Assembly: GCA_048013815.1 (NCBI GenBank)
Contig: CM106585.1
Coordinates: forward strand, 868,001-932,000
DNA from: Setoptus koraiensis
Taxonomy: Eukaryota > Animalia > Arthropoda
Direction: 5' to 3'
Length of the DNA stretch: 64,000 bases
Under the pieces are notes generated by a model. That model was given only the letters and a program-made list of their open reading frames with translations. It did no database searches and was not told the DNA's origin. Below, in pieces: positions 14,401 through 28,856 of the stretch (position 1 is the stretch's first letter; every line of letters starts with the position of its first letter). Made by a program: the position numbers and the translations under genes.

Positions 14401-17400
14401 CCTATTTGGTGTGGCCCACAATGGGCGCCATGCCAGCCCAAACTCAAACCGTCTATGCGCCAGTCAGCCAGCCCGACATAAGGGGCCTCGCTGGCTCGAA
14501 AACTGGCTACTGGCTCGAAAACTGGCTACTGGCTCGCAAACTGGCTTCTGGCGTGCTCAAGCCGAGCCCGAGTTTATTTTTATTTTTATAGTGACTGGCT
14601 AACCCGTGCAACTTTATGCAGGCCGTGGCGCTGCTTGGGGCTCGCTCATTTCGAAGCGGCATCATTCCAAAGAGGGGGCCGCATTCCGAAGAGGGGGCTC
14701 ATTTCGAAGTTTGAGAGCGGTGCAAGTTGGAGAGGAGTTAGCGGCAGTTAGCAATCTCGGCGCCAGTGGCAAGTAGCGAGCAGCTAATGTCTCTAATGTG
14801 CCCGACATGGAAACATAGAAAAGCGAAAAGAAATAAATAGGGGCCACCAAGCAACATAATAATAATAATAATAATATTTTCCGTTGGCTCCAGTGCGTTG
14901 CACGGCCAATTCAACTTTGCAATCTCCTTGGGCCGGCCTCAAAACTGACAAGCAATCTTTGCGCAGTGTTGAGTGCGGTGCGGCCGAGCCAATCTAGTGC
15001 CAGTTGGACTGGCTCGTTTCGGACTTGTAAAATGTGACAATAGATTGAAATTAAGATTTATCATTTCTGCTGCGCCATCCACTCTATTACGCTAGTGCTC
15101 GCTTTGGTCGCTAGAGTCCGCTTGAGCAGATCGCCTTGGCTCGGTTGGTCGGTTGGCTCGGTTGGTTGGTTGATCCGGAGCGGATTCTGAGAATGTTTGG
15201 CCCGACATTGGCCAGCAAAATAAACAAGGGCTATGAGTAATAAATTTCGGCGACAGGAGCAGCAATCGCAATTGTCATCGGCCGGTCTTGATTACAATGT
15301 CTGGCCGTTGTTTGCGAGGTCACTCTAATAAACTTGTAACTCTCGCCCCAATGATGAGCATGTCACTTTTGGGGGCCCTCGCTTGTGGGCCTCGCTTGTG
15401 GGGCCTCGCTTGGTTTGGTTGGTTGGTTGGGGGCCTGGCTTGTGGGGTGTTGCAGCGGCAGCAGCAGCAGCAGCAGAAGAGAGCGAGTTTCTGTTTTTAT
15501 TTCTCTGCCACCTGTGCCCCAATGGCCATATGTTATTTGACTAAACTAAAGTTTTGTTTGTTTGTGCCTCAATTTACTTTCACTTTCAGTCTCGCTGTCG
15601 CTGTTGCTGGCCCATTTTTTCTCGGCGTGATATACTGTTCATAAGTTGTTATTTTATGTTGAGACAGTCTAATGACAGCGAAATGCGAGCGACGAAATGA
15701 CGCAATAACTAAAACGCTAAAACGTCGTTGGTCGTGTCGCCAAAACGTTACGACGATACGGTTCAGCGAGGACATATCGACTGATTATATCGACTGTATT
15801 ATATCCACTGTATCTAGTGTGCATAGTTATGGCACAACAACAGTAGTATGGTAGTTGTGTGCCGCTTCTGTGCGTGCCTATTGACGCAGATACAAATGCC
15901 AACCACCAGACCGTGTTTGGCCCAAGCAAGCAAGCAAGCAAACTCTAATGCGCCCCCACAAACTGACCATTACTATTGGGTCAGTCTTGCCCGGTTGGGG
16001 CGCTGTTTTGGCGGGTTGGGGCCCCCTAATGAAACAGCCGTTGCACACAATAGCGGCAGCAGCAGCACTGGCGTCCCATTTACATGTGTGATTGAATCGT
16101 TATTTGAGTTCAATTAGTCATCAACGTTGAAGTCATTCGACGTGTTTAATATGTTACTGTGTGCTTATCTATTTGTGTTTGTTTGTTTGCGGATATTTAA
16201 TTGGATTTCCGCCATACAATTTGTGCACTTGTGTGTGACTGAAACCATGAGTCTGTGCAAGCATTACTGTGCCCAATCTGCGCTGCACACTGCACAGATA
16301 ATATGTATAAATACTGTACTGATCGTGCAACGTGTTTGTCACTGGCCAAGGGTGTTGCTGTGCTAGCTTGTTGTGTCACAATATGATGATATATGCAAAC
16401 TATGAGAGTTACACAAATTAATAATTACGTCATCGCCAGTGCATTTATTGCATCACCAGCAACTAGCGACCAACAACCAGCGACCAACAACCAACAACCA
16501 ACAACCAGCGACCAACAACCAACAACCGGCACGACAGCACAACAGCAAACACACCAAGTGAGCAACACAGCAACTAAAATGCGCCTACATACACGGCCTG
16601 AATGAATAGCCTGTGCATTGAATGGGAGCCCCCAAGCAGCTTAATTGGTCAAGCAAGCCAATGAGTGTAAACTGAGCTGGCATGACTTAGTCAAGCTCAA
16701 TTGATTTTCGTGACGCGCTCGTTATGACGCAAATCAAGCAAACCCATAATGACGTAATGATGTAATTGCTATACCAATATCGCACATAGGCGTCGTGTTG
16801 AGCTGACTGTTGGCAATATTGGGCCAATTGGTGTTGTGCGTGCTATCGACAGATCTGATTCTTTGGGCTTCTTTCAGGCTCACAAGTTGGCTAGTGCAAC
16901 AATCGCAAACAAACCTTGGCAAACAAATCTATGCATGATCAATGTTCAATATGTAATGACACATAATCTGGTTAATTATTGTAAAGCTGTCGTTGGTCGT
17001 TAGGACATTTGCCCAATACAATGAGCAACGCTAATTGAGTGGCGCAACAATTCACTGCTACAACAAATGTATTTGTGAAACAACCGTTGAAATCGTTGAA
17101 ATGTTTGCGGCCGAACGGGGCCTCCTTTCCGATGGGCCTCACACATGCCTCATACATGCCTCATACATGCCTCATACATGCCGCTGGTCACTGAGTAGCG
17201 TATATAGGCTAGACAGGGCACAAACACAAACACAAAGCAAACAAATGCATGTTGTAACGAGCCAAATATGTAATGTCAACTAATGAGTGTCAATTTAGTT
17301 AGTTAGTGTCAGCTCGGCGTTGTCGGACAACGGACACAAGTTACAGTGGCACGCATACAGTGACACGAGCACACAGTGATTTGTGTTGACCACTAATGGT

Positions 17401-17901
17401 AATGGCCACTGGCTAATCCACTTGACAAGTGTGCTGCATACACTGTGTGACACTACCTGTGTGAGATGACATTACCTGTGTACGCGCCTGTGTAATGTGC
17501 CTCTGTCTGTGATACTTAGCGGTAACACACACGCACCGGGCCAGCGTAACAACAGTAACAACAGCAACAACAACAGCATACAGCCAACAACGCATAGAGA
17601 TGACAACACAAAGATAGTGACCAATAACACGCCCAATGACATAACGCACACTTACACGTACCACACAGGTAACAGGTAGTAGTGGCCTGATGATATCAGC
17701 GCACACAATTTGCTGTTGTCACAAATTGTATTTGTTTGTGTGCTTTTTGTGTAATCAATGAGGCCTATTCATTATTCAACCAACTATTGAATAGTCGCCC
17801 ACAGACGCCCACAAAGAGGCGCTGTGAGCGTTGGTTTATCACGCAAGTGTCAACACACACACTGCTCACCTGGACACCTAGCGACACTGAACACTGTTGC
17901 A

Positions 17902-17924
17902 ACACCAACACCAACACCAACACC

Positions 17925-17967
<43 letters not shown>

Positions 17968-17970
17968 CAA
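17902..17970 (+). repeat. (CACCAA)n/(CAA)n compound microsatellite
   Basis: Direct reading. Confidence 0.92.
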
Positions 17971-20132
17971 CACCAACGCAACGTGCGTGCGTGCTATATT
18001 GTGACTTAAATCACGCACGCACGTTGCCTTGCTGTTGCTGTTCATTGGCTGCGCGTAACGCGTGTTGTATTACATCACACACGCACACACTCGCAAGCAG
18101 TCACGTAATGATTAACGTGCATGCAAGTGTGCAAGTAACGCGGACTGTGCCGATTATAACGATGATTAGCGTGATTATCGCAAGTGCTCAGTGGGCACAA
18201 CGCCGACCAATGACGACTTAAGTGCGCTGGCACGCGCTTATCATGATTAACATGATGATCGGCTCAGTGTTTGTTGAAAAGTGGTCGCCATTGGAGCGAG
18301 TGCACCCATCAATTCAATTGCACTTGCCAACAACAGCAACAACAACAACAGCAACAACAACAACAACAACAACAACGAACAGGCCAACACTGACACTAAC
18401 CACAACAACAACAACAACAACGCCAAACAATGGCCCTGACTAGAGCGAACTGGCGAGCCGGCCAACAGCAGCATCGCTCACAAACTCACATTGCTTTACA
18501 TTGGTCATTATGTGCGATGCAACGACTGGTGCAAAACTGCAACTATATCGGGCATCGTTTCGCTCGACAACATCACCACTGCGCTCTAAATTATCTCTTT
18601 CCACGCACTGTCACATACATCATCTACTACTATCTGTATGTGGTGACCAATTAATCGCATTGCATAGTGCTCCTCTGTTTGTCAGTTGCGCAATGGCAGC
18701 CACGTCGGCGAGCACGTCAACCAATTATAGTGAGTTATATATGTTTCAGTGTTTTCATGGATGAATCAATTAGCTCGCCAGCTAGAAATTTTCATCTGTA
18801 TTATCGATTTCGTGCAGCTATTTTGGCAAGTCTAACTTTTGGCAAGAACTTGAACAGACGATTTTTCGGCCCAGCGAAGCCACGCACGAGTTGCCGGCCA
18901 GTTCCGAAAAAGTTTCCGAAATTTTCAAAGGAAAAAAAAAAGAGAATAAAAGGCCTTGAAAACATTTCGGACATAAGAAAAATAGTTCCGAATTGATTCG
19001 AAAGAATTCCGAACTCTGCAAAGAATTTTCTAACACTGCTCAAGAATTGCGGACACTCTGTCGCGAGTTGAAGGGAATTTCGGAAAAAAATTTCGACAAG
19101 CGAAGAGATTTCGGACATCGCGCAAACTTTTTCTCTCATGTTCGAATCAATTTTTGTCCGCTGATTCTCTAACGCATGCATGATCATTTCAAACTGTAGA
19201 ATTGGAAATTCTGCAGTGAAATTGCACGAAATTCTAGGAAGCTTGATTGAATAAATGTAGACACAAGCGCACAAGTTATGAGCGTTAGCAATGCGTAACT
19301 CTTGTTTAAGCGACTTGAAGCGGCTCGACACTGACAAGTGAGAGACCATGCGACAGTTTTAATCGATCGCTGAGTAGCATGCCGATGCCTCTACGATACG
19401 ATGAAATGATGAAAATCAATCCCCACTGAGCGGGCCCCGTTGAAACGCATGGCGACTTGCGCTGATCCGAACTCAAGTGTCTCGCTTGCTATTGCTTTTG
19501 CGGCTCGGTGATTGGCGCTAGGCGCCAGAAGGGACTCCAGCGAAACGAAAAAACAATTTCTAAATGCAAATGTTCACTAACCCCCCTGCGACCTCAACCA
19601 TTTTGCCGGCTCGCTTGGCACTTCCGTTATTGGCGGTACAGTTGGGCATGGGCACAAACTATGGGATAAACAATTGCGCGCTCATTCCAAGATATTATTG
19701 GCTATCATATTCTTCGTATTCAAATTTATTCAAATTATTCCAGCAACACATAATATGCGCATTATAATACGTTACTGTTTATATTTGAGCCCTGCCCTCG
19801 CAGATATTATATCTGTATATATCCGCTGCCGCAACAACTGGCTGCCATATTGGCCAGCCCATATTGGCATATTCGCTGGTTGTGTTGTTTTACTGATTAC
19901 GGCTCCCAAGCCAGTGACAAATGTCAGCCTGCTCACAGACACATCGTCTCCTGTCGGGCTCCCCTCAAACAGTAGACTCTACTAGTACAAGTGGACCTAC
20001 AATGAGGGAGGCGCATTATGGGAGGGTGTGTCGGTGCGTCCATTGGACAGAGGCCAACAAGTCTCATTATGGGTGCCTCTTACGGTCTTATGCGCGTTGT
20101 TATCGAGTCATTGTTGTTGTTGTTGCTGTTGT

Positions 20133-20164
<32 letters not shown>

Positions 20165-23100
20165 CCGCTGTTGTTGCTGTTGGGCCATCGCGTAGTGTAA
20201 TTGATATTGTCGTGCATATATTCTGGCTCGGCTGCCGTTTGAAACGCCAGATGGGGGGGGGGACCCTGGCGCAAGCTTATAGAGCGCGCAGGCTCGTGCT
20301 GGCAACAACAACTCGATTGTGCGAAAAAAGCAACAGTGGCACAACAATCACACATCTAAATCCTCGGAATTAATCCCTTCTTTTTCGATCACTTGCACAC
20401 ACACACACACACGCACGCACATACATACAGAGTGAAGCACATTAATATGGGTCAACGAATTGATTTGGTGCCCATATTCGTGGCTTTGCCGGCAAGTAAC
20501 TGGCAGCTGTGGGCTCGCAAATGCCAGCCAAATGCGAGTATCGGCGCTCGCAAATAGATTTCGTTTGGCACGAGCAGCGGCGCATCGTCTGGCGAGCTAG
20601 CTTAGATGATGCTGGCATGGACACACAGAGCGCGCACAGAGCGAAATGGAAGCGAAGAAAATTCAAATTATATGATCGCATAGATTGCGCATGGTGGCGC
20701 ACATCGAAAGTAATGCGACTTGTCGTCGTCGTCGTGGTGGTCGTTGGGCCTCACACACTGGCCAACACAGACACAGATACAGATATATAAATAAATCTAT
20801 GAGTTTGTGTGCATGCAAGCCGGCCGATAGCAAAAAGAATGGCTTGTCTAATGTCTCGGCAATGGGTCTTAAAATGGCGAACTGCGAATAACGGCGAATA
20901 AATGCGAATAAGCGACCCACGGAAACGATGGGGCGCGGGCAAGGCTGGCAAGGCGCAAGTGACAAGGGCCCGCCAACCACAACAACAGCGGCCGAGGCCG
21001 AGAACGAGGCAGCGCCATCGGCAGACATGCAGCCAGCGACTCGCTCATTCGGGTCACGTTCATTCAGCCTTTCAGCTATTTCTCTTGGCTTTTTCTGACA
21101 AACAAACGCATTATTGGCAACGGCGGCCATAAGCAGCCCCATGAACGGATAAGTAGAGTGGCCCCATGAAAGTATCATCGTGCCCATCGCATACAAGTGG
21201 TTTGGTGGCGCCGCTTCAGTTGCAGCCCGTCTAAGCCCCCTCGGCAGCCAGCCACGAGCACCGGCATGCAAGCTAACGCCCAAACGAAGCCCCGTCGCTA
21301 TTGCTGAATCACTGAATAACATGATGAATGATTGAAGGCGAAATTATTGAATGTGTGTTTGCTTTTGCCAGTTTCGCCGCATTATATAATTTCGGTTGCT
21401 ATTGCGTAAGAGCAACAGCAACAGCAACAGCGAGACCGTCTTGTGTCTTTTGCCACTGGCAGCCTGTCTAGCCGGCCAGCTAGCGAAATTGGCAAATTGG
21501 CAAATTGGCAAATCAGGCCAGCCCACACAGTGATTGCGATAAAAGATAAATGCTAAGATCGATGCCCATGATGCCAATGATTGCCGTTGATGGCGCCGTT
21601 GATGGTGCCGTTGATGGTGCTGGTGTCTAGTGGCGAGCGAGCAAGTTGGCAAACGCACTAAATATTGCAGTGTCTGTGATTTGCGCTCCCTCTCTGATCC
21701 AAATAAATCCAAATCTATTACTTAGTTGGCCCCCACTGTGCCCTGGTAATCATGGCCGACCAGTTGGGTGTGGCTAACCGGGCAACTCTTTTATCACCAG
21801 CGCATCATACATGCAACACCGGAACAGCCGGCCTCGGGTTACCCGAGTCGGCGGGTAGCCTCGAGGCGCGCACCCTGCCAGACCAGACAGCTGCGCATTG
21901 CGCTGCGGGCTGCGGGCTCTCTCATAGCCCGTGACTCACAGCCTGTGAGTCATCGGTGTATGAGGTCTGATCCACGGCGCGGCCCCAACAAGCAGGTGTC
22001 CCTGAAAGTAAGTGATTACTGGCCTAATGCGTCGCCTACCTGGGGCCGCGCGCGGTGCCGTGCGGAGACGCTGGTCAAATTGCAGTTTGGGTGTTTAATG
22101 GTGGCGCCAAAGCAAAGCTGCCCTAAAGAGCTGACTAATCCGCAACAAAAATATGAGATATGACTGCTGCTGCTGCTGCTGATGCTGTGCAGCACCATCT
22201 ATTTGTGCGCACTGCACCCAAAGTCAGTTTGCCATCGCACCCACACGAGCCCGCCAGACTTTGTCGGGGCCCCTGAGCCCCGAAATGCCTCGGGCTGGCT
22301 GGCGAGCTGTTTATAGATGTTTATATCTGTTAATATATCTGTGTATGAAGCGTATACAGCGAGCGGCTTCAATGTCATTGAAGCAGCTTGCCAGTGAGCC
22401 AGTGAGCCAGCGAGCCAGTGAGCCAGCGAGCCAGCGAGCCGGCCAGCTAGTTAGCCGCTGGCCGAGCGGCCTCATACGCACCAGGCTCCGCATGTCAAAA
22501 GATGCCAGTGGGGCCCGTGAGCGGAGGGCCAGGGCGCGGGGGGCAGGCAAACGGCAAATTGCACCAACAGTTTATTCAAACAACATTAACAGCATCAGCG
22601 GCACAACAACAGTTTGTTTGCATTAGTTGCATGAGCTGCCACCGGGGCTGTTGGCGTTTGTGTTTGTGACAAGTGACAAGTGCCATTGTCATGGTTGGCT
22701 AGCATCGAGTATGTGACGAGTTTCGACACTTTTGTGTGACATAACAGTGACAGATGGTAGCCAGCCAGCCAGCCAATCTCTGGCTCTAACCAATGCTAGG
22801 CTCCCCAACAAAAGCGACATTTGGCCGCTGGTGCCGAAAGGTGCACCAATGTCGCAATGTTAGAGATGACACTCTCATAAAGTTGTCTCACGCGCTGTCT
22901 AATCGGTCTGGTGCTCGCTGTTTGCGCTTGAGCGCCGAGCCCAAATTGGGGCCGCTCAGTAAGCCGCGTTTGGGCGACGTTTCGCCAACTTGGCCTAGTG
23001 AGCAAGCGAGCAAGCGACAGAGACAATAGACAACGAATTAAATCAAAATCGTCACAATGAGCAACGAGATGACGCCCAAAAAATATACAAATTTTCTATG

Positions 23101-24706
23101 CAAGATTGGGCGCGCAGAGTGGCGGAAATCCGCTCAGCTGTAGTGGCGTCGTTGGCGTTGTTGTCGCTGTCGTTGTTGTTGCAATAGTTTTTTGGGGCTC
23201 AATAAGTGGCGGGCCAGACAATGAGCTGGCTGCTGTTTGCTAGTCACGATCATATTAAATAAATAACGCACAATGACATACGTTGTTTGTGTGACGCGCG
23301 CGTGATTACGGGCCGCGACAAGCCCGCCCGCCCGCCCGGCCGGCCGCCAGCCAGCCAGCCAGCCAGCCAACCAACCAGCCAACCAGCCAGCGGTGTATCG
23401 GTGGTTGTGCGACGGCTCGCCAGCGAGAGAAGCTCATAAGCGGACCTCTTTATTATACACTATGTATATTATATAATAGGGCGTATATACGCGCACTAAT
23501 ATATGATAGTTGTGGTGGATTTATAGCGACACGAGGCGCACGCAAATAGCGACCACTTTGTCATTAAGTTGATGCCATGCATGATTACAGCGACTTAATC
23601 GACAAATTGAAGCCACAAAGACAACAACAGCAACAACAACAACCAGTCTCTGGCCAACCCAATCTGGCCAGCGCTGCCTACCTGCGCGCCCGACAAGCAC
23701 GCCAGCACCGGCAACCACAGCGGCAACACCAACCACAGCAGCAACAACAGCAACCACAGCAGCAACAGCAACAACCACAACAAGGGCAACGACAAACTGA
23801 CATGACGAGACGGAACGAGACGGAACGAGACGAGACGAAACGAGACGAGACATTAGTTTTAGCTTGCGCAACGGGTGAGCCCACGCACAATGGCCGCCAA
23901 CAACAAATGGCAATTGTATTGAGTATTATTTATCCAACGCAAACAACATCTATCTCGAATTGCTTTTATCTCTCATGTTAATGTGAGTGGCCACAGTGTA
24001 TATACCGATGATATCGAATTGTTCAATCGGGGCCCTGACTGGTTGTTTCCTATCACTGTGGGCCCACAGTAGTCGGCGAACAGTGTGCTCCGGCTCGCTC
24101 TATCTGTTGGCCGGCTATCAGTTGGCTGGCTGTTCAGTGGTGTTGTGCTGCAAATTGTATGCCAAAGTGTACGCCAAAAAGGGCCCCACACTGATATCAA
24201 TGCTCAATGGTAGCCTACTTCTCATTATAGCTATTTACTAATGCGCGCGCCCATCATGCCCTCGCTGGCGATTTTGGCGATACAGCGACTCTGACGATAT
24301 AGCGACAAGGGCGATAGTCGCCACTCTGGCCTCTTGCATATTACATATAAATATAAATAGCGCCTCTCTGTTTGTATCTCATATAGTTTGTATCTCATAT
24401 AAATAGTGTCGTCGAGGCCAATTGTGTCTCGCTGAATGAGTCGCTTGTTCTAGGCACCACAGCCGGGATTAATTCAATATCAGCAACACCAACTGTGGCC
24501 AGCAACGAGTTGCTGCAAACAGATTAAATAGTCCCCTTGCTCATTGTGTATATAGCTGGTATATACAAAATATATATTGTGTATATACCAGCCAGCCAAC
24601 AGTGTGATCAACTCACAAATATTCTTACATTTTTGCACCTTGCACCACACGACCATGTTTGCCGATTTGCCGCTCTCCGTTTGTTTCAATTTGTTTCAAT
24701 TTGTTT

Positions 24707-24785
24707 CGTTTCGTCTCGTCTCGTTTCGTTTCGTTTCGTTTCGTTTCGTTTCGTTTCGTTTCGTTTCGTTTCTTTTCGTTTCGAC
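24707..24785 (+). repeat. (TTTCG)n pentamer microsatellite
   Basis: Direct reading. Confidence 0.93.
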
Positions 24786-25184
24786 TCGATTGATATCCTT
24801 TCGTGTCGCTGGTGTGCAAGTTGTCACACAAACAACAAAACAGACGACAACTCAGTTCTTTGCACAGTCGGCCCACAAATCGCTGCCCGCTGGCCAAACC
24901 TTTCGAGCCTTTCAAGCCTCTCGAGCCTTTCGAAACCAGTTTCATTAATGCGCAACACACAGCGAACAAGCCAACAAAATGTCACTAGGTGGCCAGTTAT
25001 AAACGACATGACTTGTCTCAAGCAAGTCGCTCGCTTTAAACTGTCAGTCTGCAGATTTGCCTCAATGTCGCAATCGGTGTGATGGCAATCGGACCCGCAC
25101 TACGCACACACACACCCCGTTATTATGTTACATTTTCTTGGGCATGCAAGACATGGGGCATGGTGATTTCTTTTGTTGTCGCTA

Positions 25185-25257
25185 TCGTCGTTGTCGCTGT
25201 CGTTGTTGTAGTTGCTGTTATAGCTGTTGCTGTTGTTGCTGTTGTTGTTGTTGCTGT

Positions 25258-25289
<32 letters not shown>

Positions 25290-25315
25290 CTGCTGCTGCT
25301 GTTGTCGTTGCTGTT
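25185..25315 (+). repeat. Compound (TTG/CTG)n microsatellite
   Basis: Direct reading. Confidence 0.92.
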
Positions 25316-26890
25316 GCGCACAAAGCGAGCAGCAACTATGCAAATAACGACACACTGCGTATTTGAAATATCCTCGGCCTCGGCCTCGCCAGGCCAGTCT
25401 GCAGCTGAGGCCCTTCTGGCCTCTCTGGTCGCTACTGCCGGCAAAACATTTAGCCGGTTGCGTGCTGCAAAGCCGAGATTGTTTTACGCAACAACTCGTC
25501 TAACAATAGCCAATAGCCGATAGCCAAGTGAGAAAGCACCAGCATGAATGGAGTTGCGTTGCGGCTCGCAATTGACTAACACTGGCCTCTCTGGTCAGTC
25601 TGGCCGCCCTGGTGGCGCAAGCTGGCATCCAACTGACCATTGTATCTGATTTTGGGCTTCTATACTGTACACTGTAAATGTATGCTGCGATATACTGTAT
25701 ATGCACCCGCTTATACGCTCTATATGTGCGCTGGCCAGCGCAACGTGACGTAACATGCAACACGCACAACGCGTGGCCGCTGTATCAAGCCGCGGTCACG
25801 AGCAGCGGCCATTTTTTATGGGCCACAAACGGGCCCCACGAACAAACAAACAAACAAATAGACAAGTGCTGACATGAGAGCTGAACAGCGCCAAAAGCGA
25901 CACAAGCACCGCGGCAATAAAACAACTCACACACAAACGAAAAGAATATAAAAGATACACTGATGTTGTCGTTGTTGTTGGCTGGTTGTTGTTGGCTGAG
26001 AACCAGCAACCGCCTGCCAAGCTACAGATAAGATACTAACGATGATTGCGACATGCAGCCACAAACACATTTGTCCTTGTTGTCGCCCGTGTCACCGCCC
26101 ACCGGCCCGTTGCTGCCCCGCTGCCCGTCTCTATGATTGACCGGCCGGGTATTGCATTGGCCAGCTGAACGTAGGCCGAGCACCCAGCCGGTGACTGCAA
26201 CCAGATGGGTGTGTCAGTGCAACACCTAATGACGCCAACATGATTTATACTGTGCTAACTCAATTCAACTAGTTCAATCCGTTGCTGGCGCCGAGATTCG
26301 GCCACTGGGTCGCCACCAGCGAGTCAGTTGTCGAGCGAGCCAACGGTAGCTTGTCCGGCCCGCTAGCGAGTTGGCAAGTTAGTGCGGCGGCCCGGATCGG
26401 CATCATGATGAGGGCATTAAAATTAAATCGGGGGAGTGGCCATTAATTAGGGCATGGCTGGCTCGGGCCGGGCCGGGCGGATGAAAGTGAAACGAGCGTT
26501 GCATGGCAAGAGGTGAGATGTAAATCGATGTCAATGCGACCAGTGGCTGATTGGCCAAACGTGGCGACATAACGGCCTTTGAATGGGCTGCTGATGGGGC
26601 CTGTTGGGGCCCGTTCGAGCTGATGGGCGCAAGTGGCAAACGAGCGAGAGGAGATTGTAATCATTGTTTGTGTTGGCATCATCCAGCATTTTATTAACAT
26701 GGCCGGCAGCAGCACACTTGAGATTAGAGCCTAGTGAGCCTAGCGAGGGGGATATTGTTGTGCGAGCTTGTTGTTGTGAAATTGTCGTCAGATTGTTGTT
26801 TGTGCGATGACAAGAGAGAGAAAGAGAGCGAGGGCAATTTAGAGAGATGGCATCGTCAAGATTACTGGCCAAGTTCACTTGTGCGAACGT

Positions 26891-27025
26891 TGTTCTGTTC
26901 TGTTCTGTTCTGTTCTGTTCTGTTCTGTTCTGTTCGGTTGTGTCCAGTTTTGTGTCCAGTTTTGTGTTCAGTTTTGTTCAGTTTTGTTCAGTTTTGTTCA
27001 GTTTTGTGTTCAGTTTTGTTCAGTT
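26891..27025 (+). repeat. (TTCTG)n followed by (GTTTTGTTCA)-type array
   Basis: Direct reading. Confidence 0.9.
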
Positions 27026-28600
27026 CAGTAGCTTGGCCCCAGACAACAACATAAAGTGACAACATTGTGCCGACTTTACTACACATGCCACACACTCGCT
27101 CGCCGGCCCCAAAAGCAAATTCTTCTCGTGCCAGCGTGAGCAATCTGGTGCTCGTCTGGCGCCCGCGTTTGCATGGCACAAGAGGCCGATTTAAACCAGC
27201 GACACAGCGAGCCAACGAGAACAGTTTGTCAGCCGCTTTTCCGTTATTGCTTATTCTTTTCTTTGCCACTTGCACGACGCTGCCTGATGCTATCGCTGAC
27301 GACACAACACGACCGACAGCCACAACAACAGCAACAGCAACGCCAACGCCGACAGCCCAGAGACGTGAGTCGTAAATCTTAACCTAGCGACATGCATGAT
27401 GCTGCAACAACAGCCGAGCCATCTAAATATCCTCACCGAGCACGCCAACGATTGAGCGATTGAGCCCGACAATGCCGCAAGCATGAAAGTATCGCAATGG
27501 AAATTGACCTAAATCATGTAATAACAGCCCCAGATCTGCTCTGAGATTTGCTGTGATTGCAGCCAGCAACGCACGGCCAAGTGAGCCCATGCGAGCTTGT
27601 TTGGCAAGTTCAGTGTCGCCACTATCCGCAGCGCAGTGTGTGTAAAAATTAATATATATATATCTAGATATGGGGGCGGTCATGTTGCACGTGTAAGAGT
27701 TGCCAGCGACACTGTGCCGGCAATATGCTCGCACAAACTGCCAGTGGCCATTGTGCCCGTGCCCGTGCTCGTGCTCGTGCAACCACCGGAAGTTGGCCAC
27801 TCGAGCGAGCAGAGCCATGAGCGCCGCATCTTGTTGAGGCCGCATCAGCTAATACTGTCTAATACTGTCATACGCGACATATCGCACCACAAACTCAAAG
27901 AGACAGATCGAGACAGCGACAGGGGGGGGGGCAGCAGCACAGGTGAGCGCGCCCACAGATGGATATATATTATGTTGAGCGATGACGAGCGGCCAAGGAC
28001 AAGTTGATGTCTGTTCTGTTTTGGTTGCCCGGTTGCTGGCTTGCTTGCCTGGTCGCTGGGGGCGGGCGGGGGGGCTCCAGCAATGCGCACCAATACACAA
28101 GTGAGCGGGCAGCCCGACTGAGCGGAAGCGCACACAATGGCAAGACAGTGCCATTTGTCAGCGCTCGTTAGCGGCAAACGGGCCCATGGGCACACAGTGG
28201 CGCCGGCCAAACGGTTGCCCGTCGATCGGCCAACAAATCTCTGGCGAGCTCTTTACTTGTGTGTCACCGTGCAAGCCAAGACAACACAATGAATGATGCA
28301 ATGGAGCGGTAGTCGGTTGCGTCAAGCTGCCAAACGGACACGACAACAAACTGGGCTCGGCAAGCGAACGCTAGTTTCCATTTGTTGTTAATGTCACTGT
28401 TTACTGTTCTCTTGTTGTTATTATTATTATTATTTTATCATTTTATTATTTTATTATTTGGCCTCCTATTAGCCGATGTTGTGCCGATACAAGGCACGCG
28501 CGCACACTGTGCCCGCCACCAACTGAGCGCGTGCTTGTGCGCTGTTGACGCCACCTACTTCACAGCGCGTGCCAAACAAGGCACTAGTGTTATTGTTATA

Positions 28601-28856
28601 TCATCATCATCATCATCATCATCATCGTCATCATCATCATCATCGTCATCATCATCATCATCGTCATCATCATCATCATCGTCATCATCAGCGTCTTGAG
28701 TCTCACCTTTTGCATTTTCCTCTCTTGGCCCGTTTGCCCGAACCCAATTGAGTCTGTCCGATTGAGTCTGTCCGATTGAGTCTCTCCCATCGAGTGTCTC
28801 CCATCGAGTGTCTCCCATCGAGTCTCCCCCATCGAGTGTCTCCCATTGAGTCTGTC
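28601..28856 (+). repeat. (CAT)n with periodic CGT interruptions, followed by two related 14-bp arrays (ATTGAGTCTGTCCG and CCCATCGAGTGTCT)
   Basis: Direct reading. Confidence 0.9.

Noticed and set aside
19406-19465. C/D-box snoRNA (ATGATGA...CTGA)
   Set aside because: No terminal stem, no clear C' box, and no recognisable rRNA complementarity.
20663-21322. 219-aa ORF, the longest in the desert
   Set aside because: Non-ATG start, composition typical of GC-rich non-coding DNA, and no motif.
27423-27845. GLLLHDLGQFP as an HD-domain motif
   Set aside because: Isolated match in an otherwise SSR-influenced ORF, with no other HD motifs or plausible exon structure.
27850-27875. miR-8-like TAATACTGTCA and other partial miRNA matches
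   Set aside because: Seed-length matches only, with no hairpin. No conserved arthropod mature miRNA was recognised anywhere in the window.
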